Of a stretch of DNA of 64,000 bases, positions 55,930-64,000 are shown piece after piece (position 1 is the stretch's first letter; the number at the start of each line of letters is the position of its first letter). The DNA is from Patescibacteria group bacterium. GTDB lineage: Bacteria; Patescibacteriota; Patescibacteriia; JAHIZJ01. The notes beneath the pieces were generated by a model that ran no database searches, had not been told where the DNA came from, and was given only the letters and a program-made list of their open reading frames with translations. Made by a program: the position numbers and the translations under genes. The DNA lies in the NCBI GenBank assembly GCA_028714495.1, contig JAQTMH010000004.1, forward strand, positions 128,232-192,231, given 5' to 3'.

Positions 55930-56358
55930 ATGGTTCGAGCGATTAAAACCAAGAAGAAAACTACAGTTTCTGCAAAATCGCGGAAAAAGAGAATTCTTCT
56001 GATTGAGGATGATTCATTCCTTTCCGGCATGTACATTGCCAAACTAACGCTAGAAAATTTTGAGGTTTTATTGGCATCAGACGGTCAGGAGGGGATTGAG
56101 CTGGCCAAGAAGAGTAAGCCCGATTTAATATTGCTCGATTTGCTTCTGCCTAAGGTTGACGGCTATACGGTTTTAAAAACCATAAAGAAAAACCGAGCCC
56201 TTGCTTCAATCCCGGTAATTTTGCTCACCAATTTAACGCAGAAAGAAAATATCGAAAAGGCCATGAAATACCAGGTCGAAGATTACCTGATCAAAGCGCA
56301 TTTTATGCCGTCAGAGGTGATTGAAAAAGTGAAGAGAATATTGCGCCAGCGTCGTTAA
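55930..56358 (+). CDS. single-domain response regulator (PilH/PilG-like position between pilB and pilT)
   Basis: ILLIEDD…PDLILLDLLLPKVDG…IPVILLTNL…DYLIKA. Confidence 0.8.
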   Translation: MVRAIKTKKKTTVSAKSRKKRILLIEDDSFLSGMYIAKLTLENFEVLLASDGQEGIELAKKSKPDLILLDLLLPKVDGYTVLKTIKKNRALASIPVILLTNLTQKENIEKAMKYQVEDYLIKAHFMPSEVIEKVKRILRQRR

Positions 56359-56367
56359 TTTTTTTAC

Positions 56368-57441
56368 ATGGATACAACAACTCAATTAGGCATAGCCAAG
56401 CTTCTTCGTCAGGTGGCGGAATACCGGGCCTCGGCCCTGCATCTCTCGGTGGGGAATCCGCCGATCTTGCGGGTGGATGACCAGCTCCGGCCGCTCCAGG
56501 ATGAAGGGGCGTTGACGCCGGAAAAGATGGAAAAAATCGGCCTGTCTTTTTTAGACGAAGAGCATCGGGCCGTTTTACAAAAAGACAAAGAGGTTGTCTT
56601 AACCTATTCTTTTGAAGATCGCGCCAGGTTTAAGGTAAATGTTTTTTACCAAAAAGGCTATTTGTCGGTTTCTTTGAAATACATACCGCCGACTGTTCCG
56701 AATCTCCGCGAACTGGGCTTGCCGGCCATAACTGAAAGATTTACTCGTTTGAAGAAAGGCTTAGTCCTGGTGACTGGGCCCTTTGGTTCGGGAAAATCCA
56801 CCACTCTAGCCTCGCTCATCGAAACAATCAACCAGACCCGTTCCGAATATATCATTACGATTGAACAGCCGGTTGAATACGTTTTTACAAACAATAAAAG
56901 TATTATTGAACAGCGGGAGGTGGGACGGGATACGGTTTCCTTCCAAAAGGCCCTGAGCAGTATCCCGCAGGAGGACGTCAATGTGGTGATGCTTTCCGAG
57001 CTGGATGATTTGAGAGTGATTGAGTTTGTCTTTACGGTGGTTGAATCCGGACGGCTAGTTTTCTTGGCCATGAATACGGATTCAGCCTATAAGACGATTG
57101 AAAAAATTATTAACGCCTTTGATAATACGAAACAGGAGCAAATCAGGCTTCAGTTGGCCGATGCCCTGGAGGGCGTGATTAGTCAGCGGCTTTTGACAAA
57201 AGTCGGTGGCGGCAAGATCGCGGCGGCGGAGATTTTGATGCCCTCGCCGGCGGTCAAATCGATTATCAAAGAAGGCTCGATTTATCAATTAAATACGATC
57301 CTGCAGACTTCCCGGGAGGAAGGAATGATCTCTCTGGACCGGGCGCTGGCTGAATTGGTCAAGGCCGGAGAAGTGTTGCTTGAAGACGCGCTCTATCAAG
57401 CAACTGATAAAAACGGGCTTAAAATGATGATTCGAATGTAA
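56368..57441 (+). CDS. pilT: type IV pilus retraction ATPase PilT
   Basis: Walker A VLVTGPFGSGKSTTLASLIE. About 357 aa. Confidence 0.85.
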   Translation: MDTTTQLGIAKLLRQVAEYRASALHLSVGNPPILRVDDQLRPLQDEGALTPEKMEKIGLSFLDEEHRAVLQKDKEVVLTYSFEDRARFKVNVFYQKGYLSVSLKYIPPTVPNLRELGLPAITERFTRLKKGLVLVTGPFGSGKSTTLASLIETINQTRSEYIITIEQPVEYVFTNNKSIIEQREVGRDTVSFQKALSSIPQEDVNVVMLSELDDLRVIEFVFTVVESGRLVFLAMNTDSAYKTIEKIINAFDNTKQEQIRLQLADALEGVISQRLLTKVGGGKIAAAEILMPSPAVKSIIKEGSIYQLNTILQTSREEGMISLDRALAELVKAGEVLLEDALYQATDKNGLKMMIRM

Positions 57442-57444
57442 TTT

Positions 57445-58653
57445 ATGGCAATTTTTGACTATCGGGCCAAGGATCGAGAGGGAAACAACGTAACTGGCGT
57501 GATTGAGGCGCCCACGGAAAACGTGGCCGCCGAGCTTTTGGAAGATCGGAAGTATATTATTTTAACCCTGATCCAGCGAAAGAAGGCGACTATTTTCCAG
57601 GGGTCAATCGGCATGCTGAACCGGGTGCCCTTGCGGGAAGTGGTAATTTTCTCGCGGCAGCTTTCGGTGATGATCGCCACGGCCGTGCCGATTGTCCAGG
57701 CTCTGCGCATTCTCGTCAAACAGACCAGGAACGTGACTTTCAAAATAATTATCTCTGAAATCGCGGATGAAGTCGACGGCGGAGCCAAACTATCAACTTC
57801 ATTGAGCCGCTACCCGCAAGTTTTTTCCGAGTTCTTCGTCCACATGATCAGATCGGGCGAGACCACCGGTAAATTAGACGAAACTTTGATTTACCTCGCG
57901 GATCAATTGGAAAAGGATTATGACCTGCAGAGCAAGATTCGAGGAGCAATGATTTATCCCGCTTTTATCATGACAGCTCTAGTAGCGGTCGGTCTGGTCA
58001 TGATGATTTTCGTGATTCCCAAACTCACGGCCGTGCTTGAAGAAAGCGGCGCCGAACTCCCGATTACCACCAGGATTCTGATTTGGACCAGCAATTTTTT
58101 GAAAAACGATTGGTGGGTTTTAATTCTGGCAATTATTGGAATAGTATTTTTATATCGGTTAATCAGCCGCAGTGAAGCCGGTCGGAGGCAAATAGACTAT
58201 CTGAAGCTGCACTTACCGGTTTTCGGAAATCTTTTTCAGAAAATTTACCTCACTCGTTTTGCCCGGAGCATATCGACACTGATAGCCGGCGGCATTCCTT
58301 TGACCCGTACTCTCGAGATAGTGGCTGATATCGTGGGCAATACAGTTTACCGGGAATTGACGATTGATACGATTAGCGTTATCGAGGACGGAAATTCCAT
58401 CGCCACGCTTTTCGCCAAAAGCAAGGATGTGCCCCCAATGCTGACACAGATGATGGCAGTGGGTGAGCAGACCGGCAAGCTGGATATGATTCTGCGCAAG
58501 CTCTCTGAATTCTACGCGAAAGAAGTCGAGACAATGGTTCATAATATTGTTACGCTCCTTGAGCCGATGGTCATGCTTCTGCTGGGCGCGGCTGTGGCAG
58601 TGATGATTACAGCCATTTTACTGCCGATGTACCAGCTTTCATCGACGATTTAA
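57445..58653 (+). CDS. pilC: type IV pilus platform protein PilC (GspF family)
   Basis: Two T2SSF repeats, 3 TM segments. Confidence 0.85.
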   Translation: MAIFDYRAKDREGNNVTGVIEAPTENVAAELLEDRKYIILTLIQRKKATIFQGSIGMLNRVPLREVVIFSRQLSVMIATAVPIVQALRILVKQTRNVTFKIIISEIADEVDGGAKLSTSLSRYPQVFSEFFVHMIRSGETTGKLDETLIYLADQLEKDYDLQSKIRGAMIYPAFIMTALVAVGLVMMIFVIPKLTAVLEESGAELPITTRILIWTSNFLKNDWWVLILAIIGIVFLYRLISRSEAGRRQIDYLKLHLPVFGNLFQKIYLTRFARSISTLIAGGIPLTRTLEIVADIVGNTVYRELTIDTISVIEDGNSIATLFAKSKDVPPMLTQMMAVGEQTGKLDMILRKLSEFYAKEVETMVHNIVTLLEPMVMLLLGAAVAVMITAILLPMYQLSSTI

Positions 58654-58671
58654 TTGTAAAGATTGATAAAA

Positions 58672-58770
58672 ATGTGGACGCTCGGCGGGACGCCTTCGCT
58701 CCAGATTGGATATTATGGACGCTCGGCAAGACGCCTTCGCTCAAGATAAATGCAGGACGCCTTCATTCAG
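58672..58770 (+). repeat. array of 2.5 copies of a 29-30-nt repeat (TGGACGCTCGGCGGGACGCCTTCGCTCCAG) with ~11-nt spacers
   Basis: Units at 58675-58704, 58716-58745, partial 58753-58770. Same family as the 61541..61690 array. Confidence 0.8.
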
Positions 58771-58790
58771 GGAGATGTGTGGACATCCGA

Positions 58791-58819
58791 TTGATTTTTT
58801 CCTGAAAATGTGCTAGAAT
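58791..58819 (+). promoter_or_regulatory. sigma70-like promoter of the major pilin gene (TTGATT-17-TAGAAT)
   Basis: Perfect spacing, about 100-nt leader to the pilin ATG. Duplicated identically at 60185..60213. Confidence 0.55.
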
Positions 58820-58923
58820 AAAGATATATCAATTAGGTCTTTCATCAGAATAATTAAACATTGTTGCCTTTTAGGCCGGTTCTAGAGCGGCTGAAAAGGC
58901 CGATCCCGAAGGGAGGTGAAAAA

Positions 58924-59469
58924 ATGAAAAATAAAAAAGGTTTTACCTTAATCGAGTTATTGGTTGTTATCGCTATCATCGGTCTGCTCTCCACTCTCGC
59001 CATTGTTTCATTAAACACGGCTCGGCAAAAATCGCGAGACACCAAGCGACAAGCTGATGCTCGCACGCTCCAATCAGCCATTGAGCTATGTATCAATGAA
59101 GGCGGCACCATCCCAGCCACAGCAGCTACTTGGCCGGGTATGTTAGCGGATGACTGTGGTAGCGTAAAGCTTGGATCATTCCTTTCCTCGGGTAATATGC
59201 CCATACCTCCGGCTGGCGGCACGACCTGTACCACAACTGGTCCTACAGGTAACTGTTACAGCTATTGCAGAGACGCGGCTGGCACCAGATATCTGCTCGC
59301 GGCTGTGTTAGAAGGAACTTCAACAGGCGGCCTTACGACTAACCTAGGTTATCTAGCCAGCGAGTGTATCTCAGTTGGCTCTGCTGGTGGTGATGGTGGA
59401 TTAAACACAGCCGGACCTTTTGGAGCTAGTAAGTGTGCTGCTAACAACTATTTCTGTCTCGGTAAGTAA
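58924..59469 (+). CDS. type IV major pilin (copy A)
   Basis: MKNKKGFTLIELLVVIAIIGLL prepilin leader/N-methylation motif. The ORF-track start at 58861 is inside the leader RNA. Confidence 0.8.
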   Translation: MKNKKGFTLIELLVVIAIIGLLSTLAIVSLNTARQKSRDTKRQADARTLQSAIELCINEGGTIPATAATWPGMLADDCGSVKLGSFLSSGNMPIPPAGGTTCTTTGPTGNCYSYCRDAAGTRYLLAAVLEGTSTGGLTTNLGYLASECISVGSAGGDGGLNTAGPFGASKCAANNYFCLGK

Positions 59470-59489
59470 TATTACGCGATATATCTTCA

Positions 59490-59517
59490 AAAGAGGGTCA
59501 TTAAACGCCCTCTTTTG
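59490..59517 (+). terminator. rho-independent terminator after pilin A
   Basis: AGAGGG…CCCTCT then TTTT. Confidence 0.55.
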
Positions 59518-59576
59518 ATGTGACAAAAAAATATATTGTTGATATACTTCAAGGGTAACGGCTTGCCTTTACGATT

Positions 59577-60104
59577 ATGAAAAGAGGATTTACCCTAATC
59601 GAATTATTGGTGGTTCTGGCAATCATCGGGATTATCACCACTTTAGCTATTGTCTCGTTGAATGGCGCGCGTCAACGCGCCCGAGACGTCAAACGCTGGG
59701 CTGACGTGAGATCAATTCAGTCAGCCGTCGAGGTTTGTATAAACGAAGGAGGCTCGCCGCCGCCCGTCCCGGCAACTTGGAACGGCCTATTAACCCAGAG
59801 CTGCGGCGGTGGTCAACAGTTCGGCTCATTACTTGCGACCGGCGCCATGCCCATTCCGCCGCAAACCGGTTGCAGCGAAAACGACGTTGAAAATACTGAT
59901 TGTTATATGTATTGCATGAGTGCTAGTTCGTACATACTTTTTTCAAACTATGAAGGAACTGCTCCGTCTGGCGGATTAGATGGAGATATTACTAGTTATC
60001 CCAGTCCTGCGACGGATTGCATATTAAGCAATGACCAGAGGCCAGACCCTCTGCCGCGCTGTTTACCAGTTGATGGCGGGACATTCTGTCTCGGGAAGCT
60101 GTAA
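59577..60104 (+). CDS. type IV pilin (second type)
   Basis: MKRGFTLIELLVVLAIIGII. Confidence 0.8.
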   Translation: MKRGFTLIELLVVLAIIGIITTLAIVSLNGARQRARDVKRWADVRSIQSAVEVCINEGGSPPPVPATWNGLLTQSCGGGQQFGSLLATGAMPIPPQTGCSENDVENTDCYMYCMSASSYILFSNYEGTAPSGGLDGDITSYPSPATDCILSNDQRPDPLPRCLPVDGGTFCLGKL

Positions 60105-60184
60105 AGAGATTTCTTGAATTTGCATGCAACCTTTTATTAATTTCCCTGACTTCTGTTCTTAGGAGGAGGTTTAAAAAAATCCGA

Positions 60185-60213
60185 TTGATTTTTTCCTGAA
60201 AATGTGCTAGAAT
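60185..60213 (+). promoter_or_regulatory. duplicated pilin promoter (TTGATT-17-TAGAAT)
   Basis: Identical to 58791..58819. Confidence 0.55.
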
Positions 60214-60317
60214 AAAACTATGTCAATTAGTTCTTTTGTCAGAATAATTAAACATTGTTGCCTTTTAGGCCGGTTCTAGAGCGGCTGAAAAGGCCGATTC
60301 CGAAGGGAGGTGAAAAA

Positions 60318-60857
60318 ATGAAAAATAAAAAAGGTTTTACCTTAATCGAGTTATTGGTTGTTATCGCTATCATCGGTCTGCTCTCCACTCTCGCCATTGT
60401 TTCATTAAACACGGCTCGGCAAAAATCGCGAGACACCAAGCGACAAGCTGATGCTCGCACGCTCCAATCAGCCATTGAGCTATGTATCAATGAAGGCGGC
60501 ACCATCCCAGCCACAGCAGCTACTTGGCCGGGTATGTTAGCGGATATTTGCGGCAGTACAACGCTTGGATCATTCCTTTCCTCGGGTAATATGCCCATAC
60601 CTCCGGCTGGCGGCACGACCTGTACCACAACTGGTCCTACAGGTAACTGTTACAGTTATTGTACAAACGGCACTACCTACCTGCTCGCGGCTGTGTTAGA
60701 AGGAACTTCAACAGGCGGCCTTACGGCTAACCTAGGTTATCTAGCCAGCGAGTGTATCTCAGTTGGCTCTGCTGGTGGTGATGGTGGATTAAACACAGCC
60801 GGACCTTTTGCGGCCGATAAATGCGCTGCTGGTAACTATTTCTGTCTCGGTAAGTAA
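60318..60857 (+). CDS. type IV major pilin (copy B, recent duplicate of copy A with divergent C-terminal patch)
   Basis: 5' 360 bp identical to copy A. Differences DDCGSVKL/DICGSTTL, CRDAAGTRY/CTNGTTY, GASKCAANN/AADKCAAGN. Confidence 0.8.
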   Translation: MKNKKGFTLIELLVVIAIIGLLSTLAIVSLNTARQKSRDTKRQADARTLQSAIELCINEGGTIPATAATWPGMLADICGSTTLGSFLSSGNMPIPPAGGTTCTTTGPTGNCYSYCTNGTTYLLAAVLEGTSTGGLTANLGYLASECISVGSAGGDGGLNTAGPFAADKCAAGNYFCLGK

Positions 60858-60877
60858 TATTACGCGATATATCTTCA

Positions 60878-60905
60878 AAAGAGGGTCATTAAACGCCCTC
60901 TTTTG
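60878..60905 (+). terminator. terminator after pilin B (duplicate of 59490..59517)
   Basis: Identical sequence. Confidence 0.55.
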
Positions 60906-60944
60906 ATGTGACAAAAAAATATATTGTTGGGGTAGCAGTGTTTA

Positions 60945-60983
60945 CAAATTGACGGCGGGATATTTTGTCTTGGGACGCTGTAA
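60945..60983 (+). pseudogene. remnant of a second-type pilin C-terminus (…IDGGIFCLGTL*)
   Basis: Matches the end of the 59577 pilin (…VDGGTFCLGKL*). Everything upstream of it deleted. Confidence 0.5.
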
Positions 60984-61104
60984 ATAGGTTTTTTTAATCA
61001 ACAATCCGTTCACCTGAAGCCGGGGAGCTTCGGGAGTTAAAAAAAGAGACCTACAATTTTTACTGACTTCCATTTTGTCTATAAATTTGGTATAATAACT
61101 GCGT

Positions 61105-61524
61105 ATGAAGGCTGCATGGAGATGGTTTTTAAGAGCTAGAATATTCGTTCCGATATTATTAATCGTGGCTGTTTTCGCTCTCTGGCAGTATACGATCGCC
61201 CATGAAAAAGCTAGGTCGAGAGATTTGCGGAGAATCAGCGACGCCTTAACCATTCAAACGGCTTTTGAAAAGATGTATTTGCATGATCGCGGCTACGCGG
61301 CTGCGGCAGAAGACGGTTGCGAGGAAATCGGCCAGCCGGTACAACAATGTAATCTTCACGATTATTACCGAGAGATTGATGAACTGAGAGATCCGGGCAA
61401 ATACGGATATGTTATTTCAAAGGTGCCGAATCGGGATGGCTATGAAGTTACGTTTCAACTTGAGATAAGTCACCATGACCTGAAAAAGGGCCAGCACACG
61501 ATTTCGCAGGAGGGGATAGAATAA
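61105..61524 (+). CDS. hypothetical N-terminally anchored protein (possible atypical minor pilin)
   Basis: N-terminal TM ILLIVAVFALWQY. No canonical prepilin motif. Confidence 0.35.
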   Translation: MKAAWRWFLRARIFVPILLIVAVFALWQYTIAHEKARSRDLRRISDALTIQTAFEKMYLHDRGYAAAAEDGCEEIGQPVQQCNLHDYYREIDELRDPGKYGYVISKVPNRDGYEVTFQLEISHHDLKKGQHTISQEGIE

Positions 61525-61540
61525 GTTATATTCATTGAAT

Positions 61541-61690
61541 GAGTACGCTCGGCGGGACGCCTTCGCTTCAGTGGTAAGGATTAGTACGCTCGGCGGGACG
61601 CCTTCGCTTAAGGAATTGGAAATATGGACGTTCGGCAAGATGCCTCGCTCTATGATAAAAAAGGGACGCCTTCGCTCAAGATAAGTAATA
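61541..61690 (+). repeat. array of 4 copies of the 29-nt repeat (GTACGCTCGGCGGGACGCCTTCGCTTCAG) with ~11-nt spacers
   Basis: Units at 61544-72, 61584-612, 61625-54, 61663-85. Confidence 0.8.
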
Positions 61691-61698
61691 AATTTTAG

Positions 61699-62457
61699 AT
61701 GATTGTTCTCACCGCCATCCTCGTTTTCATTGTCGGTATCAGCATCGGGAGTTTTTTAAATGTGGTGATCTGGCGGCTACACACTCAGGAGGGCTTCTTG
61801 CGCGGACGTTCGTATTGTCCCAAGTGCCGAACGACTATCAGGGCTAAGGATTTAATCCCTCTGTTGAGCTATATTTTTCTGCGCGGCCGGTGTCGTGACT
61901 GCGGCAAAACAATTTCCTGGCAGTACCCGGCAGTTGAGCTGGCGACAGCCCTGGCCTTTGTCGGATTGTTTTTGAGGTACTCGTTGAGTGAAGAATTTAT
62001 TATTTATTGTATTTACACCGCCTTTCTAATAATAGTTTTCGTTTTTGATCTGAAACACTATTTGATCCTCGACCGGGTGATGTTGCCCGCAGCGGTTATC
62101 AGCTTCGTCGGCGGATTGCTTATTGGTCTCGGGTTCCAGCGCATATTGATCGGTGCTATAATTGGAGGTGGGTTTTTCATGATTCAGTTCCTCATCTCCC
62201 GCGGCAAATGGATCGGCGGAGGCGACATCAGGCTAGGCGCGGTAATCGGTCTGATGCTGGGCTGGGAAAAGTTATTAGCCGCTCTTTTCATAAGCTACCT
62301 GGCTGGTTCGTTTTTTGGCCTGGGTTTGGTGGCGAGCGGCCGGAAAAAATGGCAGAGTCGTTTGCCGTTTGGCGTATTTCTGACAGCGGGAACGCTGATA
62401 GCCTTGATCTGGGGCGGAGATTTAATTAATTGGTATATGGATTTATTGGGCTCATAA
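61699..62457 (+). CDS. pilD: prepilin peptidase PilD (A24 family)
   Basis: N-terminal CPKC…CRDC zinc motif, polytopic, GGGDIRLGAVIGLMLGW catalytic Asp box. Confidence 0.85.
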   Translation: MIVLTAILVFIVGISIGSFLNVVIWRLHTQEGFLRGRSYCPKCRTTIRAKDLIPLLSYIFLRGRCRDCGKTISWQYPAVELATALAFVGLFLRYSLSEEFIIYCIYTAFLIIVFVFDLKHYLILDRVMLPAAVISFVGGLLIGLGFQRILIGAIIGGGFFMIQFLISRGKWIGGGDIRLGAVIGLMLGWEKLLAALFISYLAGSFFGLGLVASGRKKWQSRLPFGVFLTAGTLIALIWGGDLINWYMDLLGS

Positions 62458-62461
62458 ATCA

Positions 62462-63082
62462 ATGAAGATGTTTTGTATATCAAAATCTAGAAAAGCCTTC
62501 ACTCTGATTGAGCTGCTTATCACGATTTCGATATTTATGGTGCTGGGAACAGTTGGTTTACTGACGTTTATTCGAAATCGACAGTCCAATGAATTGAAGC
62601 AGAGCACTTCTGAGCTAGCCAGCAACATCAGGAAAATTCAGAGCTACACTCGGTCGGGAAAAAGCATTACGAATCCCGTTAATGGTTTAATGGAAGTACC
62701 GCGAGCCTTTGGTATCAGTTTGACTAGCGTAGCCGGGGGCAATACGACTTATTTTCTATATGCTGATTTCGGTGATGAGACGGATGATTATTATTATGAT
62801 CCCGCCGTAGACGCTCAAGTTGAAAACTACTCGTTGGCAAATAATACGGAGATTGCCGCTCTGGACATTGGCCAGCGGACAGCCTATGAGAAAGTAGATC
62901 TCGTTTTCATTGTTCCAACCTCGGGATTGATAGCTCAAGGCTTCGCGCAACTTTTAAACCCGCCAGATCCGCCGGTTACCGATCTATTGAGGGCGACAAT
63001 CACAGTGAATCATGATCAGGCAGGCACAAAAGATTTAATCGTTGAGGGCGGTGTTTTAGGCGGAGTAACGATAGAGGAATAG
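62462..63082 (+). CDS. minor pilin/pseudopilin
   Basis: RKAFTLIELLITISIFMVLG prepilin-type N-terminus. Confidence 0.65.
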   Translation: MKMFCISKSRKAFTLIELLITISIFMVLGTVGLLTFIRNRQSNELKQSTSELASNIRKIQSYTRSGKSITNPVNGLMEVPRAFGISLTSVAGGNTTYFLYADFGDETDDYYYDPAVDAQVENYSLANNTEIAALDIGQRTAYEKVDLVFIVPTSGLIAQGFAQLLNPPDPPVTDLLRATITVNHDQAGTKDLIVEGGVLGGVTIEE

Positions 63083-63086
63083 GTTT

Positions 63087-63704
63087 ATGATAAAAAGACA
63101 TAATCAAAAAGGATTCAGTTTACTGGAAGTAGTAGTGGCAATTTTTGTGATTATGGTCGGTCTAGTCGCCGGCCTGGTTTTGATCTATTCCAGCACCAAG
63201 GCGGCTGGCAGCAGCAAGAGCGAATTATTAGCTTCAAATCTCGCTCGTGAGGTAATCGAGGTGGTCAGAAACGAGCGCGATTCAAATTGGCTGGAGATTG
63301 ATTCGGGAGTTGATGTCGAATGGGATGCCGGTCTCCAGGGTGCGGGAAATATTTATGAAGCAATTCTTCATTTTAACGATACCGGAGATATGGGCTGGAC
63401 AATAAATTACGGCAATTATACTCTTGCCTCTCCCGAAACGATTGTTTATTACAATGATCCAACCGGAGCTAAAGTATACAATCAATACATTGGCATCCCG
63501 AGCGGAATTGCCACGAGTTTTAGAAGGTTAATATCAACCAATCCAATTTGTTATGATGGCGTGAATGAAACGATTGTTATCTCCGGCCTAGACTGCGGTT
63601 TGAATAAAAAAATCGGCCTGCAGATTTTAGTGACTGTCCAGTGGGACGAGCAGGGAAACACTCATATTTATAATCACGAAGACCGTTTGTATAACTGGAA
63701 ATGA
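63087..63704 (+). CDS. minor pilin/pseudopilin
   Basis: KGFSLLEVVVAIFVIMVGL. Confidence 0.65.
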   Translation: MIKRHNQKGFSLLEVVVAIFVIMVGLVAGLVLIYSSTKAAGSSKSELLASNLAREVIEVVRNERDSNWLEIDSGVDVEWDAGLQGAGNIYEAILHFNDTGDMGWTINYGNYTLASPETIVYYNDPTGAKVYNQYIGIPSGIATSFRRLISTNPICYDGVNETIVISGLDCGLNKKIGLQILVTVQWDEQGNTHIYNHEDRLYNWK

Positions 63705-63709
63705 AGAAT

Positions 63710-64000
63710 ATGAATTCACATTCAATAAAAAATAAAAAAGGATTTGGCTTAATGGAAGCGGTGGTCGTCACAGCGATTTTTGCCGTCACCATGACAGTCA
63801 TTTCCACGATTTTGATAAACAGCCTGCGTTTTCAGCGACAGGTCAACGCTGAACAAGCAGTCGTTGGCTCGGCCCGTGACGCGCTGGAAACCCTCGCCCG
63901 GGAGATTCGCCTCGGCTATATTGACTATACGGAGCACTTGCCGCAGAGCGGCCATGAGCTTGATTCGGCTGTCAACAGTTTATTCGTCAAAACTAGCGCT
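63710..64000 (+). CDS. minor pilin/pseudopilin, 3' end outside window
   Basis: ATG at 63710. KKGFGLMEAVVVTAIFAV. Open to the window end. Confidence 0.5.
   Translation, partial: MNSHSIKNKKGFGLMEAVVVTAIFAVTMTVISTILINSLRFQRQVNAEQAVVGSARDALETLAREIRLGYIDYTEHLPQSGHELDSAVNSLFVKTSA

Noticed and set aside
58854-59234. 126-aa minus-strand ORFs antisense to pilin A and pilin B (also 60248..60628)
   Set aside because: They fully overlap well-supported pilin genes with a promoter, SD and prepilin motif. Duplicated only because the pilin DNA is duplicated.
58861-59469. Longer pilin ORF starts (58861, 60255) from the ORF track
   Set aside because: The prepilin leader MKNKKGFTLIELL begins at 58924/60318 after a good SD (GGGAGGTG). 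The upstream extension lies in the 5' leader downstream of the promoter.
58672-61690. Possible CRISPR arrays (29-nt repeats at 58672-58770 and 61541-61690)
   Set aside because: Spacers are only ~11 nt, there are only 2.5 to 4 units, the units are imperfect, and there are no cas genes. More consistent with a REP-like or binding-site repeat.

Overview
This 64 kb window is bacterial chromosome with a mostly AT-moderate background and several GC-rich or AT-rich islets. Gene content (type IV pilus and competence genes, giant secreted repeat proteins, many small hypothetical membrane proteins, very little biosynthesis) looks like a small-genome, possibly episymbiotic Patescibacteria/CPR-like organism. 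That is an inference from gene content, not from any search.

Main blocks:
- 1-6.7 kb: three tandem CheY-like receivers, a 1321-aa FN3-repeat surface protein and an orphan sensor-like membrane protein.
- 6.9-8.4 kb: an AT-rich islet.
- 10.5-16 kb: an 1844-aa alpha-2-macroglobulin-family protein carrying an embedded Hint (bacterial intein-like) domain where the bait region would be.
- 17-18.1 kb: a GC-rich orphan gene flanked by hairpins.
- 18.5-23.5 kb: housekeeping genes (gpmI, NifU-like, phosphatase, a PEP-utilizing mobile-domain protein).
- 23.7-36.1 kb: bracketed by a 118-bp 98%-identical direct repeat, each copy next to an M20D amidohydrolase gene (one intact, one decayed). It holds a type IV-secretion-like module: VirB3/PrgI-like, split VirB4, TrbC/VirB2-like Cys-rich pilin-like protein, a beta-propeller protein and a catalytically dead DsbA.
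- 37-46.6 kb: recG, tRNA-Arg and two tRNA-Ser genes surrounded by tRNA-derived fragments and short hairpin repeats, a GIY-YIG nuclease gene wedged between a tRNA-Ser 5' fragment and an intact tRNA-Ser, comFC, clpC, htpX and lemA.
- 46.7-64 kb: a type IV pilus locus. It holds a 1373-aa Cys-rich propeller protein, pilM/N/O, pilB, a receiver, pilT, pilC, three major pilin genes (a recent tandem duplication with divergent C-termini plus a deletion remnant), pilD and at least three minor pilins. The pilin genes are flanked by two arrays of a 29-nt repeat.

No rRNA, CRISPR array, integrase or transposase genes were seen.
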